In this document: positions 28,365-37,362 of the stretch, in pieces
Numbering within the stretch: position 1 is the first letter of the stretch
Layout of the letters: every line of letters starts with the position of its first letter
Virus record (IMG/VR): IMGVR_UViG_2875703104_000002
Length of the DNA: 37,887 nucleotides
Reading direction: 5' to 3' (one strand)
DNA from: a virus
Taxonomy: Duplodnaviria > Heunggongvirae > Uroviricota > Caudoviricetes
The notes under the pieces: generated by a model
The model's database searches: none
The model's input: the letters and a program-made list of their open reading frames with translations, nothing else
Told to the model about the DNA's origin: nothing
Made by a program: the position numbers and the translations under genes

Positions 28365-28781
28365 CTGGCTTTCAGGTGAGAACAGATCAGGCTGATGACG
28401 TCGTGTATGCAGCTTTCTCTGGCGGGCAATAATCTGGTAGATCTGCGGCTGGGACAGGCGATACTGGCGACGCAGTTCTTCCATGTTACGACCATTGAAC
28501 TGGCAGTAAAGCAAATCGTCGCGTAACGCGGTCAGGATCGTATCGCCGCAGGGGATGTAAAACTGCCGTCCGCCCAGAAAACAGGACAGGGCAACGGCCT
28601 GTTTACGGGCAAGCTCACGGGGATTGCTGACGTTCTGGCGTTTCAGTTCGTTTTCCAGAACATCAATCAGATCAACCACCGAACGGGGCCAGCGTGATTC
28701 CAGTTCCGGGGCCGGAATGTTATCAATATGTCCGATTAACTGGCGAATTGCCGGATCGTGTTCAAATAAATCATGCTGCAT
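28359..28781 (-). CDS. C: Late transcription activator C
   Basis: 140 aa. It is visibly paralogous to Mor in this window (shared ...GG.Q.YIP.G...L.RD..I...FNGRN..EL...Y). Confidence 0.92.
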   Translation of the reverse strand: MQHDLFEHDPAIRQLIGHIDNIPAPELESRWPRSVVDLIDVLENELKRQNVSNPRELARKQAVALSCFLGGRQFYIPCGDTILTALRDDLLYCQFNGRNMEELRRQYRLSQPQIYQIIARQRKLHTRRHQPDLFSPESQK

Positions 28782-28793
28782 ATTTTCCCCCGG

Positions 28794-28913
28794 TTAACAG
28801 ACAGAAAGATACACCACGGCACTGATGGTTATCAGAACCACAAGGGCAATCACTTTTATCGCACTCATCAGCGTGGACGGCCCGAAACATTCATCACTGA
28901 ATTTTCTGTACAT
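28794..28913 (-). CDS. Small single-TM protein gp20-like (39 aa)
   Basis: Not in the ORF track because it is under 60 aa. AAAGGGG precedes the ATG at 28913. My translation is MYRKFSDECFGPSTLMSAIKVIALVVLITISAVVYLSVC*. Confidence 0.6.
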   Translation of the reverse strand: MYRKFSDECFGPSTLMSAIKVIALVVLITISAVVYLSVC

Positions 28914-28922
28914 GGTGCCCCT

Positions 28923-29285
28923 TTACCCGAACAGACGAGCGCGAAAACGAAAGGAGAGCCAGAACGTCAGCAATCCGGCCATCGCCCAGATGACATGCTC
29001 AGGACCCGTTTTCAGTTGAGACGTTGCCATCACGGCTAATCCCAGCCCGGACAGACTCCCCAGCCAGGTCAGCGGCCAGACGAACCGGGCAAAATGTTCA
29101 GGCACCCGGCAGCTCATTATCAGCGCATCCAGACAATCACCGGCAACACATAAAGCAACACTGAAAACCGAGGCACAGCAAAACATCAGCGCGCGCCAGC
29201 CACAAAACAGACTTATCCACAATAACAGCGCCAGTAACACCACCGATAAAAAATCAGGCCACTGACGAGCAGAACGCTCAGACAT
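28923..29285 (-). CDS. Multi-TM membrane protein gp19-like
   Basis: I prefer the ATG at 29285 (MSERSARQWPDF...). It is preceded by GGGAGAA and overlaps the gp18 stop (ATGTCTGA), giving 120 aa. The protein has several hydrophobic helices. Confidence 0.75.
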   Translation of the reverse strand: MSERSARQWPDFLSVVLLALLLWISLFCGWRALMFCCASVFSVALCVAGDCLDALIMSCRVPEHFARFVWPLTWLGSLSGLGLAVMATSQLKTGPEHVIWAMAGLLTFWLSFRFRARLFG

Positions 29286-29496
29286 AATGTTTCTCCCTGT
29301 AAAGCAGGCAATGATGAAGAATTTCCGGCATATCAACTGACTGCCAGCCTTTCATGTAATAACTGCCGTGGGTGCCATCATGACCGGTATAGTCGCGGGG
29401 CGCAGGCCGTGGCCCACCGGCGACACGGTGCAAAACCTCCTGACGCAGCCGCTCACGTCTGCCAAGATGAAAGGATGCATTCCAGCCTTTACCCAT
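29278..29496 (-). CDS. gp18-like hypothetical protein
   Basis: 72 aa, the first ORF after the mor-distal promoter region. GGGGGAAATCATT precedes the ATG. Confidence 0.65.
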   Translation of the reverse strand: MGKGWNASFHLGRRERLRQEVLHRVAGGPRPAPRDYTGHDGTHGSYYMKGWQSVDMPEILHHCLLYREKHYV

Positions 29497-29573
29497 AATG
29501 ATTTCCCCCGGTACGGTTATTCATCACAGGATATTGAGGACGTAAAAAAAGCCGGATTAACCGGCTTTACTGT
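29497..29573 (-). promoter_or_regulatory. Early-operon terminator hairpin plus middle promoter Pm (Mor-dependent) region
   Basis: The minus strand reads AAAGCCGGTTAATCCGGCTTTTTTT (plus-strand 29544-29568) immediately after the mor stop. This dyad is also where I recall Mor binding upstream of Pm. Confidence 0.6.
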
Positions 29574-29963
29574 TTACAGAAGTGAGGGCTGGTACTGGCG
29601 GTATTTCAGCCGTCGCATCCGGCGAATGGCCTTGTAAACCGTATTGAAAGTGACACCATAACGGGTGGTCAGTTCGCTGACGTTGCGACCGTTAAAATCA
29701 TTCCAGATACGCAAATCCCGAATCAGCGAGTCCAGAACCTGACCGCGTGGAATGTAGACCTGACCGCCGCCCAGATGCTTACAGATAGCCACAACAATCT
29801 CCAGTGAATGGGCAGGATCAACACCCAGCCGGGACAATTCCCCGCGTAGTAAATCGTTCAGCTCCGCCAGCAGTGCCGGAAAGCGTGACGTATCCTCTGC
29901 GGGATTGTCAAGATGTGCCAGGATGGTGTCATCCTGCAAATCACCAAATAAATCTTCCGTCAT
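29574..29963 (-). CDS. mor: Middle transcription activator Mor
   Basis: 129 aa beginning MTEDLFGDLQDDTILAHLDN..., recognised as Mu Mor. Confidence 0.92.
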   Translation of the reverse strand: MTEDLFGDLQDDTILAHLDNPAEDTSRFPALLAELNDLLRGELSRLGVDPAHSLEIVVAICKHLGGGQVYIPRGQVLDSLIRDLRIWNDFNGRNVSELTTRYGVTFNTVYKAIRRMRRLKYRQYQPSLL

Positions 29964-30511
29964 TGTGCCATCCTCCGTGTCTTTCTGGCATGGGCATAAG
30001 CCGCCATCATGGCATCATAGCCGCGCAGTTCACGACCGGACGGACTGACCGGCAATGGAAGCCCGTGACGGGAAAAGGCTTCACGAATACAGCGGATGTG
30101 CCACTGTTTGAGTGTTTCGAGGACTGTCAGCAGCGTGTCGCCATGACACCACGCCAGTGTGGAAACACCCTGTCCACCGTTGCGTTTCGCCGTCAGGCGT
30201 TGAACGTATCTGTCCAGCGCCACATCACTGCCGTCGGTAATAAACCCGTCTTCTGCCATCTGCTGCCAGACTTTGTACACCTTCTCGCGGGGCGTGACAT
30301 GTTCCTTAAAGCGTCGGCGTGGGTGTTTATTCTGCTTCTTAAAGCCGCGTTCTTTCATGGCATCGAGCACCTGTTCCAGTTGCGTGACCGTCAGCTCGCG
30401 GCAACTGATTTTGCCCGTTTTCTGCATCAGAAAAGCGCGGTAAGTGTCGTCGTCGAGTTGTAGCTCCCGACGGGCGACATGGATTAATTTAATCAGGGAT
30501 GTGCGACTCAT
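29960..30511 (-). CDS. gemA: GemA (host gene-expression modulation protein)
   Basis: 183 aa beginning MSRTSLIKLIHVARRELQLDDDTYRAFL..., recognised as Mu GemA. Confidence 0.9.
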   Translation of the reverse strand: MSRTSLIKLIHVARRELQLDDDTYRAFLMQKTGKISCRELTVTQLEQVLDAMKERGFKKQNKHPRRRFKEHVTPREKVYKVWQQMAEDGFITDGSDVALDRYVQRLTAKRNGGQGVSTLAWCHGDTLLTVLETLKQWHIRCIREAFSRHGLPLPVSPSGRELRGYDAMMAAYAHARKTRRMAQ

Positions 30512-30613
30512 GATCGTACCTCCGGAAAGAGGCGGTGCTGCAACACCGCCTGAATTTACACATCAATCAGAGTGGATTTTATGGAAAATAATGTTTTAGT
30601 TTCATTATTCATA

Positions 30614-30796
30614 TTATTCACCTTCACAATTCATGCACGCCGTGTCATCGCCCATATCGCAGTGGTTGCATTTCTGCCCACCACAATGAGGGCACTCTTT
30701 CAGATATTCAGGGTTTTCATTACCGCAGGTCGGACATTCCTGCTTCACAGTGGTAAATGTCCCCAGCCACGAATACGATGTTTCATTGTTTTCCAT
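30614..30796 (-). CDS. Small Cys-rich zinc-ribbon protein (early region)
   Basis: 60 aa containing CPTC...CPHC...CNHC...CMNC. Its start overlaps the upstream ORF stop. Confidence 0.65.
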   Translation of the reverse strand: MENNETSYSWLGTFTTVKQECPTCGNENPEYLKECPHCGGQKCNHCDMGDDTACMNCEGE

Positions 30797-31313
30797 TGTT
30801 TACCTCCGCCTGTTTTTGCGCCCGGATAAATTCGTCAGAAAGGATTTCAGTCATGCGGCCTTGTGCGGGCGTCATCCCCGTCATGACGTAAATCACATCA
30901 CCAACACGGAACCACTGGAGAGGTCCGAATATTGTTGCGCTGAAATCCAGTCCCAGTGCGGGTAAGAGAGCATCTGTGCGGGCATAAGTGACCGGAATAT
31001 TCTCCTGCCATATTTTCGCCAGCTCTTTTGCCTGCTCCCTGAGATGAACAGGTATCCGCGAAGTTCTGGGCCTGCAACTATTACCTGATGCGGGCCGTTG
31101 TACGGTCCACAGCTCCCGCGAGAAAGGGCGCTCATTCCCCGGAAAGTTCACACCATGAAAATAACGCCCACCAATACCTGTGCTGAATACTGACCGGCAA
31201 CCACAACCCAGAACCTTATCAAGATGGCGGGCTTCTTCGCGTAGTTTCAGACAGTCCGCCATAAACTGGTCCCACGCCAGCAGTGCTGCGGGATTTGACG
31301 TTTTAAAAAACAT
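30783..31313 (-). CDS. Early-region hypothetical protein (176 aa)
   Basis: I prefer the ATG at 31313 (MFFKTSNPAALL...). It is preceded by CAGGAGGTGG and overlaps the upstream stop (TGATG). The track ORF extends to 31352. Confidence 0.7.
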   Translation of the reverse strand: MFFKTSNPAALLAWDQFMADCLKLREEARHLDKVLGCGCRSVFSTGIGGRYFHGVNFPGNERPFSRELWTVQRPASGNSCRPRTSRIPVHLREQAKELAKIWQENIPVTYARTDALLPALGLDFSATIFGPLQWFRVGDVIYVMTGMTPAQGRMTEILSDEFIRAQKQAEVNNGKQ

Positions 31314-31843
31314 CACGCCACCTCCTGCACCGCTGCGGGAGCCGGAGAACAATCAAGAATGAGATAACGCAGTACATGGTCGGTGATATTCCAGGCGCTT
31401 GAACTGCAAATAAAACGCCCCAGCCGGATATCGATATAAGCCATCACAAAACGGGGCATTCCCTGTTCGCACATTCTGTTATCCACCTCAGCAACAATGT
31501 GGACTGACTCACAGGTCAGCACGCCCGTCGCAAACTCTTTTGCCAGCGCGGGGATGGTATTACCTTCCACCCAGGGTAATGAGCGACGCCAGTTGCACCA
31601 CACCGCATCATCAACAGCAGGCTGCTCAGTTGCGTTTCGTCTTACAGGCGGCGTCGGACGCGGGCGCGGAACGTCATAAAATCCGTTGCATTCGGTGAGC
31701 ACTCCGGCATCAACCGCATCACGCAGGAAATACACCATTGACGAGGGCAGCATATTCATTTTTTCAGCCAGAACTCCGCAGGTCAGGCGTCCGTAAGTCC
31801 GTAATAATGTGCTGACACCATTCAGAATTTTTGCATCAACCAT
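31313..31843 (-). CDS. Early-region hypothetical protein (176 aa, N-terminal wHTH-like)
   Basis: ORF with GAGGAATAAAAC before the ATG. It follows gam, as in the Mu early operon. Confidence 0.7.
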   Translation of the reverse strand: MVDAKILNGVSTLLRTYGRLTCGVLAEKMNMLPSSMVYFLRDAVDAGVLTECNGFYDVPRPRPTPPVRRNATEQPAVDDAVWCNWRRSLPWVEGNTIPALAKEFATGVLTCESVHIVAEVDNRMCEQGMPRFVMAYIDIRLGRFICSSSAWNITDHVLRYLILDCSPAPAAVQEVA

Positions 31844-31941
31844 GTTTTATTCCTCAGTAATCTGTTTCAGGCGCGAGCAATCCCCTGACGTATCGCGCCA
31901 TAATTAAAAGAATGTGAATTAATTAAATATTAATGGTGGTA

Positions 31942-32466
31942 TTAAATACCGGCTTCCTGTTCAAATGGAATAATAGAAAAATCCTCAATGCCTGATTTAA
32001 CTGTAATTCCGGCAACGCCTGCGACCGCTTTCGGTTCCAGTAAAATCGCTTCCTTGTTGATTTCCTGCTTCGTGCGAATAAAGCGTTGCAGGCCAAGACG
32101 CTCCAGCGTTTCCATCACTGCATCCATACCACGAATACTTACTGATGGCGGACGGACCCGCCACGATACATCACCGGTGACAAGATTCGCCGTCTTCACT
32201 TTGCCGCCGTTCGTCAGTTCGTCGCGGTTCGCTTCACACCATCCCTGAACGCCTTTTGAAAGGGTTTCAATATCGGTTTTAATCGGTGCAATCCGGGCTG
32301 CAAATTTTTCCGTAATTTCCGCGATGGCATCATTCATTTCCGTTTCCAGACGTGATGCTTCGCGCTGTAAATCCCCGATGCGTTTAATATCGGTAATCAC
32401 CGCATCGCGGTTTTGTGGCACATAAGCCGCTGCGGCACTTTTGATACGTTTTGCTGGTTTAGCCAT
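31942..32466 (-). CDS. gam: Gam host-nuclease inhibitor (Ku-like DNA-end binding protein)
   Basis: 174 aa beginning MAKPAKRIKSAAAAYVPQNRDAVITDIKRIGDLQRE..., recognised as Mu Gam. Confidence 0.92.
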   Translation of the reverse strand: MAKPAKRIKSAAAAYVPQNRDAVITDIKRIGDLQREASRLETEMNDAIAEITEKFAARIAPIKTDIETLSKGVQGWCEANRDELTNGGKVKTANLVTGDVSWRVRPPSVSIRGMDAVMETLERLGLQRFIRTKQEINKEAILLEPKAVAGVAGITVKSGIEDFSIIPFEQEAGI

Positions 32467-32485
32467 AAATTAAAGCTCCTGTTAA

Positions 32486-32785
32486 TTAATATCCGCTGTA
32501 TACAATGCTGGATACAGCTCGATTGCTTAATTCCATCTTTCGGGCAATGACATGAATATCCAGTCCTTCTTTATAAAGTTCACGACATAAATATTTGTCG
32601 TGTTCACTGATTCGGTATACACACAATGATATTCCGTGCCTTCTGGCATGTGCCCGGAGGGCGGTTGTGGCGACTTTCAGTTTTTCCGCCATTTCTTCAA
32701 TGGTCATTTTCCCGACGTTGGCTTCGATAAATTCCCGGTCTTCGCGTGACCAGCGCTTACGATTACACTTCATGTCAGTCACCAT
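32486..32785 (-). CDS. Early-region small HTH-like protein (99 aa)
   Basis: ORF abutting the upstream gene. It has two HTH-like segments (MTIEEMAEKLKV...; LDIHVIARKMELSNRAV). Confidence 0.65.
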   Translation of the reverse strand: MVTDMKCNRKRWSREDREFIEANVGKMTIEEMAEKLKVATTALRAHARRHGISLCVYRISEHDKYLCRELYKEGLDIHVIARKMELSNRAVSSIVYSGY

Positions 32786-33205
32786 TCAGTACAGCAGAGG
32801 CTCGCGCAGTGATGCCGGAATATGCCGCAGCGATAACTGAACCGCTTTCAGGGCAAGCGAGGAATAACAGCAGCGCGCCCAGCCTTTTGCCATTAACCGG
32901 TAATCGCGCCAGATACGCTGCCACATTTCACGGGCTTCAGGGTCTGATGCGCAGATGTATTCCCGGTCCATGACGTACTCCCATAAATCCACGTTGAACG
33001 CACCGCCAAATGCAATGGCGCGGGATATGCTTTCGCCGCAATAACGCGCACAGATGCTGTAATGGTCGAAAGCAATCAGGTAAGTCTTTTCACCACAATC
33101 ATCAACTTTTCGGGCGCAAATAAACTCGCGTAATTCACCACCGTTGTTATTGCGTTCCTGAATTCGGATTAATGCCTGAATTTCATTTCGGATTTTGACG
33201 TTCAT
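32786..33205 (-). CDS. Early-region hypothetical protein (139 aa)
   Basis: ORF in series with the early operon. No motif recognised. Confidence 0.65.
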   Translation of the reverse strand: MNVKIRNEIQALIRIQERNNNGGELREFICARKVDDCGEKTYLIAFDHYSICARYCGESISRAIAFGGAFNVDLWEYVMDREYICASDPEAREMWQRIWRDYRLMAKGWARCCYSSLALKAVQLSLRHIPASLREPLLY

Positions 33206-33225
33206 TGTCAGCGTTCCTTTGCGAA

Positions 33226-33495
33226 TTAATGTTTAACCGCATTCACCGGATGTGGTACTAAATCACATTCAGCCTCCATACCCACTTTCTTCATAGTGGT
33301 CAGCATCTCATCTTTGGCCTTTTTAATAATTTCAGGAGCCATAGTCAGGACGATATTTGCCAGTAAATCATGAGGCCCGGTATTTTCCGTTGGCGAGATA
33401 TCTGCAAGACATGCTTTTGCATCCAGAACTTCTCTGCGCCCATTGCAACCTTCACTACTTTCCAGCCATGTAAACTCAAAGATAACTTTTGCCAT
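33226..33495 (-). CDS. Early-region hypothetical protein (89 aa)
   Basis: ORF with AAGGAGACGC before the ATG. Confidence 0.65.
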   Translation of the reverse strand: MAKVIFEFTWLESSEGCNGRREVLDAKACLADISPTENTGPHDLLANIVLTMAPEIIKKAKDEMLTTMKKVGMEAECDLVPHPVNAVKH

Positions 33496-33506
33496 TTTGC
33501 GTCTCC

Positions 33507-33761
33507 TTATTGATTCTGAATAACTGCGCTGGCTTTTACCTTCGCGCCTTTTACCTGCTTAAAGAAAACCGCGCTGCACCACGGACAACATGCAAAGGAG
33601 TCCCATACTTCATTTTCTGGTGAGCATTGCGTCATAATTTGCTCTTTGCATTTGGGGCAATTAAATGCAGTCAGAGCCACATTGTTATTCTGTACCCGTT
33701 TAACCCATTCAATATATTTTTCAGCTTTAGTACACATCGTTATCTCCAGATAATCTGGCAA
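33507..33761 (-). CDS. Early-region zinc-ribbon-like protein (84 aa)
   Basis: Contains CPKC...(19 residues)...CCPWC. It overlaps the kil 3' end. Confidence 0.6.
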
Positions 33762-33967
33762 CCATTAAGACGGGCCGTCCATACAGAACGGGCCACCCCG
33801 GACTTATGCTCCATAATTCTGACCGCGTTTTTTACCAGTTCCACCGGTGGGTAAGTGATTTCAAGAATCGGACGCGCCACGCCGAGATATGATTCATTTA
33901 CATGACTCCCGCGCGCCTGTAACCAGTTCTGCGCATCCGTTGCCATTTTTATGTTTCGGGCTATCAT
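33740..33967 (-). CDS. kil: Kil (host cell-division/killing protein), first ORF after B
   Basis: 75 aa. The position immediately downstream of B matches Mu kil. Confidence 0.75.
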
Positions 33968-33982
33968 AATTTCTTCTCCTTC

Positions 33983-34921
33983 TTAATTACGCAGCAGCGT
34001 TGAAATATCAACGTCCAGGTCTAATTCACGGAAAGCCTGACGCAGATAATCTTCGTTAACACGCTCACCTTTACCGTGAGCCGTCATGGCGGCAAGGCGA
34101 AGTGAATGATTCAGAATGCGAAGCGCACCTGGTTTCTGCGCAATCTGCTGTAATAACTCCAGTTCATTTTCGCCGTTAATCTGCCAGGCATCCGCAATAG
34201 CTTTTACATCGGCTTTTTTGGTTTTATTAATTGCAGTGCGCTTTGCAATACGGGAAAACAGACGGGCAAATTCAACCGTTCTGTTACCCCCCGTCATATT
34301 TGAATAAACCCGGTGATTTCCCATCAGCACAAGGCCAGTGCGGGTTGATTCCTGTAACAGGCGGAGTTCTTCCAGAACTTCGGCACCAAGATGATCAGCT
34401 TCGTCGATGATAACCAGCCCCTGTGTACCTTCAAGGCGACGTCGCAGGGCGCGGGAGAGCGGCCCTTTACGGCGTGGTGCGTCATTCATTCCCAGCTCAA
34501 ACGCCAGTTCAGTAAGACATTCCAGAACGCTGGCACAGGATGGCGTAATGGTGATCATCCAGACATTGTTATTGGTGCGGCGATATTCACGGGCCGCTTC
34601 GGTTTTGCCCACACCAGGATTGCCACATACAACAGCAATACTTTCAGTCAGGCTGGCAAAACGCATACTTGTCCAGATTTGTTTTACCGTCTGCGTTTCC
34701 ACAAAGCGGGGCGGTTCAGGTAGTTCTGCAACTGCATGATATTTTTCCAGCCAGCGTTGCAGAATTTGTGAAACACGCTCGTTATCCCCGTTGTACTTAT
34801 CATTGATAAAACTACTGATAGTTCCGGTAGAAAGTCCGCTCTCAAGAGCAATTTGTTTAAAGGTGGTTTCTTCATTTTCTACAAGCGTGCGCAGTCCTGC
34901 GCGAATATCGGAAATATTCAT
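33983..34921 (-). CDS. B: MuB ATP-dependent target DNA activator
   Basis: 312 aa with Walker A GNPGVGKT and Walker B LVIIDEADHL. Recognised as MuB. Confidence 0.95.
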   Translation of the reverse strand: MNISDIRAGLRTLVENEETTFKQIALESGLSTGTISSFINDKYNGDNERVSQILQRWLEKYHAVAELPEPPRFVETQTVKQIWTSMRFASLTESIAVVCGNPGVGKTEAAREYRRTNNNVWMITITPSCASVLECLTELAFELGMNDAPRRKGPLSRALRRRLEGTQGLVIIDEADHLGAEVLEELRLLQESTRTGLVLMGNHRVYSNMTGGNRTVEFARLFSRIAKRTAINKTKKADVKAIADAWQINGENELELLQQIAQKPGALRILNHSLRLAAMTAHGKGERVNEDYLRQAFRELDLDVDISTLLRN

Positions 34922-34959
34922 CTGAATAACCTCGTAATTAAATTTTGTTTAAACGTTAA

Positions 34960-36948
34960 TTAAATGGCTTTTTTACGTCTGTTCTGTTCCAGAATATCCA
35001 GCGAATGATTCAGATATTCATCACGCTCAGTTTCGTATTCATCATCACGCTCCTGATTCTTCACCCGTTCCATATTACCGGAAGGCCGGAAAATGCCGAC
35101 AATTCGTGATTCTGGTGCTTCAGGTTCGGCTATCTGCGGCAGCAGCTCTGCCACTTCCAGTGCATCCATTTGTTTCTGTGCCTTAATCGCTGCTTTCGTC
35201 GCAGATTTCAGTTGTTTCTGGCGGCGACGATATTCACGGCCTGCCGCAGCATCATTAAACGCAACAGGTGCCAGACATTCCGCTTCACAGATAAACCGAC
35301 CGTCCAGGGTGTAGCAATAAACCGTGCTGTGTAACTGCTGTGGATCAAATCTGACCACAACTTTTTTCACTCCGGCATTCATTAACGCCATGTTGTAATA
35401 AACGTTTTTCGCACCTTTAAGGGAGCCGCCAACTTTAAGCGCGAACTCGCCTTTACGTGAAACGTTCACCGCCTCGGCAGGCAGTAACAGCATCCGTTTT
35501 TGCTCTTCGGTAGGCTTACGCACAATCGTTCTGGCGTATTCACGCTCAAAAACGTCATCAAACGAAAGTTTGCCTCCGCACATTTCTGTTTCACGGCCTG
35601 TTCTGGCATTGAACATCGCCACACCTTCGGCAAGGGTTTTCAGAAACAGCTCTGCATCAACAGCGCGGTCGCCATAGTTATCAGGTTTTGCCTGCGGATT
35701 AGGCCCCGTATATGCGCCAGCCAGTGCCGGATGCTTATCAACGTATTCCTCAAGCCCACCAACACCGAAAGCACGTTCAACAGGTTTTGCCTGGCCCCAG
35801 CCTTTACCAGCAACAACGCTTGTCCAGTGCATTTTCGCCCCCATCAGTAAAAACAGTCCCTTTGGGTCGTCCTCTTTTACCTTAAAGCGGTAGCGATTGG
35901 GCGCGCCTCCCGTCAGCCATTTATTCGCAGCACCACGGGTGTTATCAATGGTGATGTGAAAATCCTCCGGGATACCGTAGCGAGTCACAACATCCATGAA
36001 CGAGAGGCGAATTGAATCAATGTTCTCGCTCACATCGCAGCGCCAGCCCAGAATTTTTCGGGTTTTCACATCCTGCCAGAACCATGTTTTCGGGCGGATC
36101 ACATCACCGTTAAACCAGCGTACAAAGACGTTATGCAGATAACCGTCGCCGTTGATCCACTGCATGGCGTCCAGGTGTTCCACAGTTCGCTGCTGTGCCG
36201 GTATCAGATGCATCAGTGCATGTTCACCTTCACGGCAGGCAACAACCATTGCCTCGTCCAGTTGCTGAATCCGGCGAAAGGCCGTGGCACGGGAGGGAAT
36301 ACTCCAGCCATGCTCGCGGGCTGCCAGTTCCAGACGCTCATAACATTTGCGGAAGGCGGGTTTTTCCGGTCGCAGATAATCTGCAATCAGAAACTGCCAG
36401 GCATCCTCGTCAAATTCACTTTTGTGAACATTGCGACGGGATGCTCCACGTCCATCAACAAGTGCAGCCGCCCAGTCAGGCTTCGCAAGCTTCTGTACCT
36501 GGTAATACTTGTCCCGCAAAGTGGATGCGCTGACCTGGTAATGCCCTGCAACGGTCGCAAAAGCCGTTTTCGTTGAAATCCCCTGGTTCAGCATTTCGTC
36601 TGCAGCCTGAACAGCAGGCAACCATTTTTCAGCAAGTCTGCGCTGGGAATCGCTGGCGTTATCCCATTTGCTCCACAGTGCCTCACGATCATAATCATGG
36701 GCTTCCAGCGTGGGGCGGGCGATTTCAAAATACCCCTGACTTGTTTCAATTCTCCCTTGTTGCAACAGAATTTCAGCACGTAATGCGACAGGGAATGATT
36801 TGATATTGAATTCAAATGATACACCTTTAGTCCCTGCAACCTGCCTGAACTCCCAGCCTTCTCTTTGTGCCTTACGTGTAATGTTAGTGGCTTGCTTTGG
36901 TAAACCTGCCAAACCGAGCAACTCTTTTGCTGTATACCATTCTTTCAT
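34960..36948 (-). CDS. A: DDE transposase MuA (D108-type N-terminal enhancer-binding domain)
   Basis: 662 aa. From about residue 65 onward it is recognised as near-identical to MuA. The first ~60 aa differ from Mu and resemble the N-terminus of the repressor in this window. Confidence 0.95.
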   Translation of the reverse strand: MKEWYTAKELLGLAGLPKQATNITRKAQREGWEFRQVAGTKGVSFEFNIKSFPVALRAEILLQQGRIETSQGYFEIARPTLEAHDYDREALWSKWDNASDSQRRLAEKWLPAVQAADEMLNQGISTKTAFATVAGHYQVSASTLRDKYYQVQKLAKPDWAAALVDGRGASRRNVHKSEFDEDAWQFLIADYLRPEKPAFRKCYERLELAAREHGWSIPSRATAFRRIQQLDEAMVVACREGEHALMHLIPAQQRTVEHLDAMQWINGDGYLHNVFVRWFNGDVIRPKTWFWQDVKTRKILGWRCDVSENIDSIRLSFMDVVTRYGIPEDFHITIDNTRGAANKWLTGGAPNRYRFKVKEDDPKGLFLLMGAKMHWTSVVAGKGWGQAKPVERAFGVGGLEEYVDKHPALAGAYTGPNPQAKPDNYGDRAVDAELFLKTLAEGVAMFNARTGRETEMCGGKLSFDDVFEREYARTIVRKPTEEQKRMLLLPAEAVNVSRKGEFALKVGGSLKGAKNVYYNMALMNAGVKKVVVRFDPQQLHSTVYCYTLDGRFICEAECLAPVAFNDAAAGREYRRRQKQLKSATKAAIKAQKQMDALEVAELLPQIAEPEAPESRIVGIFRPSGNMERVKNQERDDEYETERDEYLNHSLDILEQNRRKKAI

Positions 36949-36955
36949 AGCGCAC

Positions 36956-37177
36956 CTAGTATCGAGACGGCCAAATATCTTGCGGTGTCATTCCCAGTGC
37001 ATCTGCAATGATTTTCTCCGCTTTCGGATATCTCTTATCCAAAGCATTTTTTAATGTTGAAGACGAAAGATGATTAGATCTTCCCAATTCAGCTAGTGAC
37101 ATATTGCGTTTTCGTAGCTCTGCAACGATGTCAGCTCTGTGCCAATCTTGGCGGTTAGTTCTTTTATTCATATGCAT
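36956..37177 (-). CDS. ner: Ner (Cro-like early repressor), D108 type
   Basis: 73 aa with the core ...[23 protein letters not shown]...IWPSRY. The length and the adjacent operator match recalled D108 Ner rather than Mu Ner. Confidence 0.9.
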   Translation of the reverse strand: MHMNKRTNRQDWHRADIVAELRKRNMSLAELGRSNHLSSSTLKNALDKRYPKAEKIIADALGMTPQDIWPSRY

Positions 37178-37201
37178 TTCATGTAATCCTTTCAGATTCC
37201 C

Positions 37202-37243
37202 CCGTGAGCTACGCTATAAAGTAGCTCACGGCATATCGTGCAA
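37202..37243 (-). promoter_or_regulatory. Ner operator (perfect 11-bp inverted repeat, 8-bp spacer) overlapping the candidate early promoter Pe
   Basis: CCGTGAGCTAC (37202-37212), GCTATAAA, GTAGCTCACGG (37221-37231). On the minus strand, TTGCAC (37238-37243), a 17-nt spacer, then TTTATA (37215-37220). Confidence 0.75.
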
Positions 37244-37362
37244 TGTAGTGTGGAATCATTTTTAAATCAATAGTGATTTGAAAGGATTTATCATGATTTC
37301 ATATAACAGCATGATTTTTATATGAATTTATTTTGTCTCTATTGAAATCACTAGGATTTTAA
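37244..37362. promoter_or_regulatory. Repressor operator / transposition-enhancer region and the c promoter
   Basis: An AT-rich divergent control region carries six TGATT/AATCA motifs between 37254 and 37352. AGGA lies 7 nt before the c ATG. Individual operators and the IHF site are not resolved. Confidence 0.6.

Noticed and set aside
30540-30596. 18-codon mini-ORF (MNNETKTLFSIKSTLIDV) in the spacer upstream of gemA
   Set aside because: It is too short, has no SD, and overlaps the stop region of the preceding ORF. It is more likely a non-coding spacer with a hairpin.
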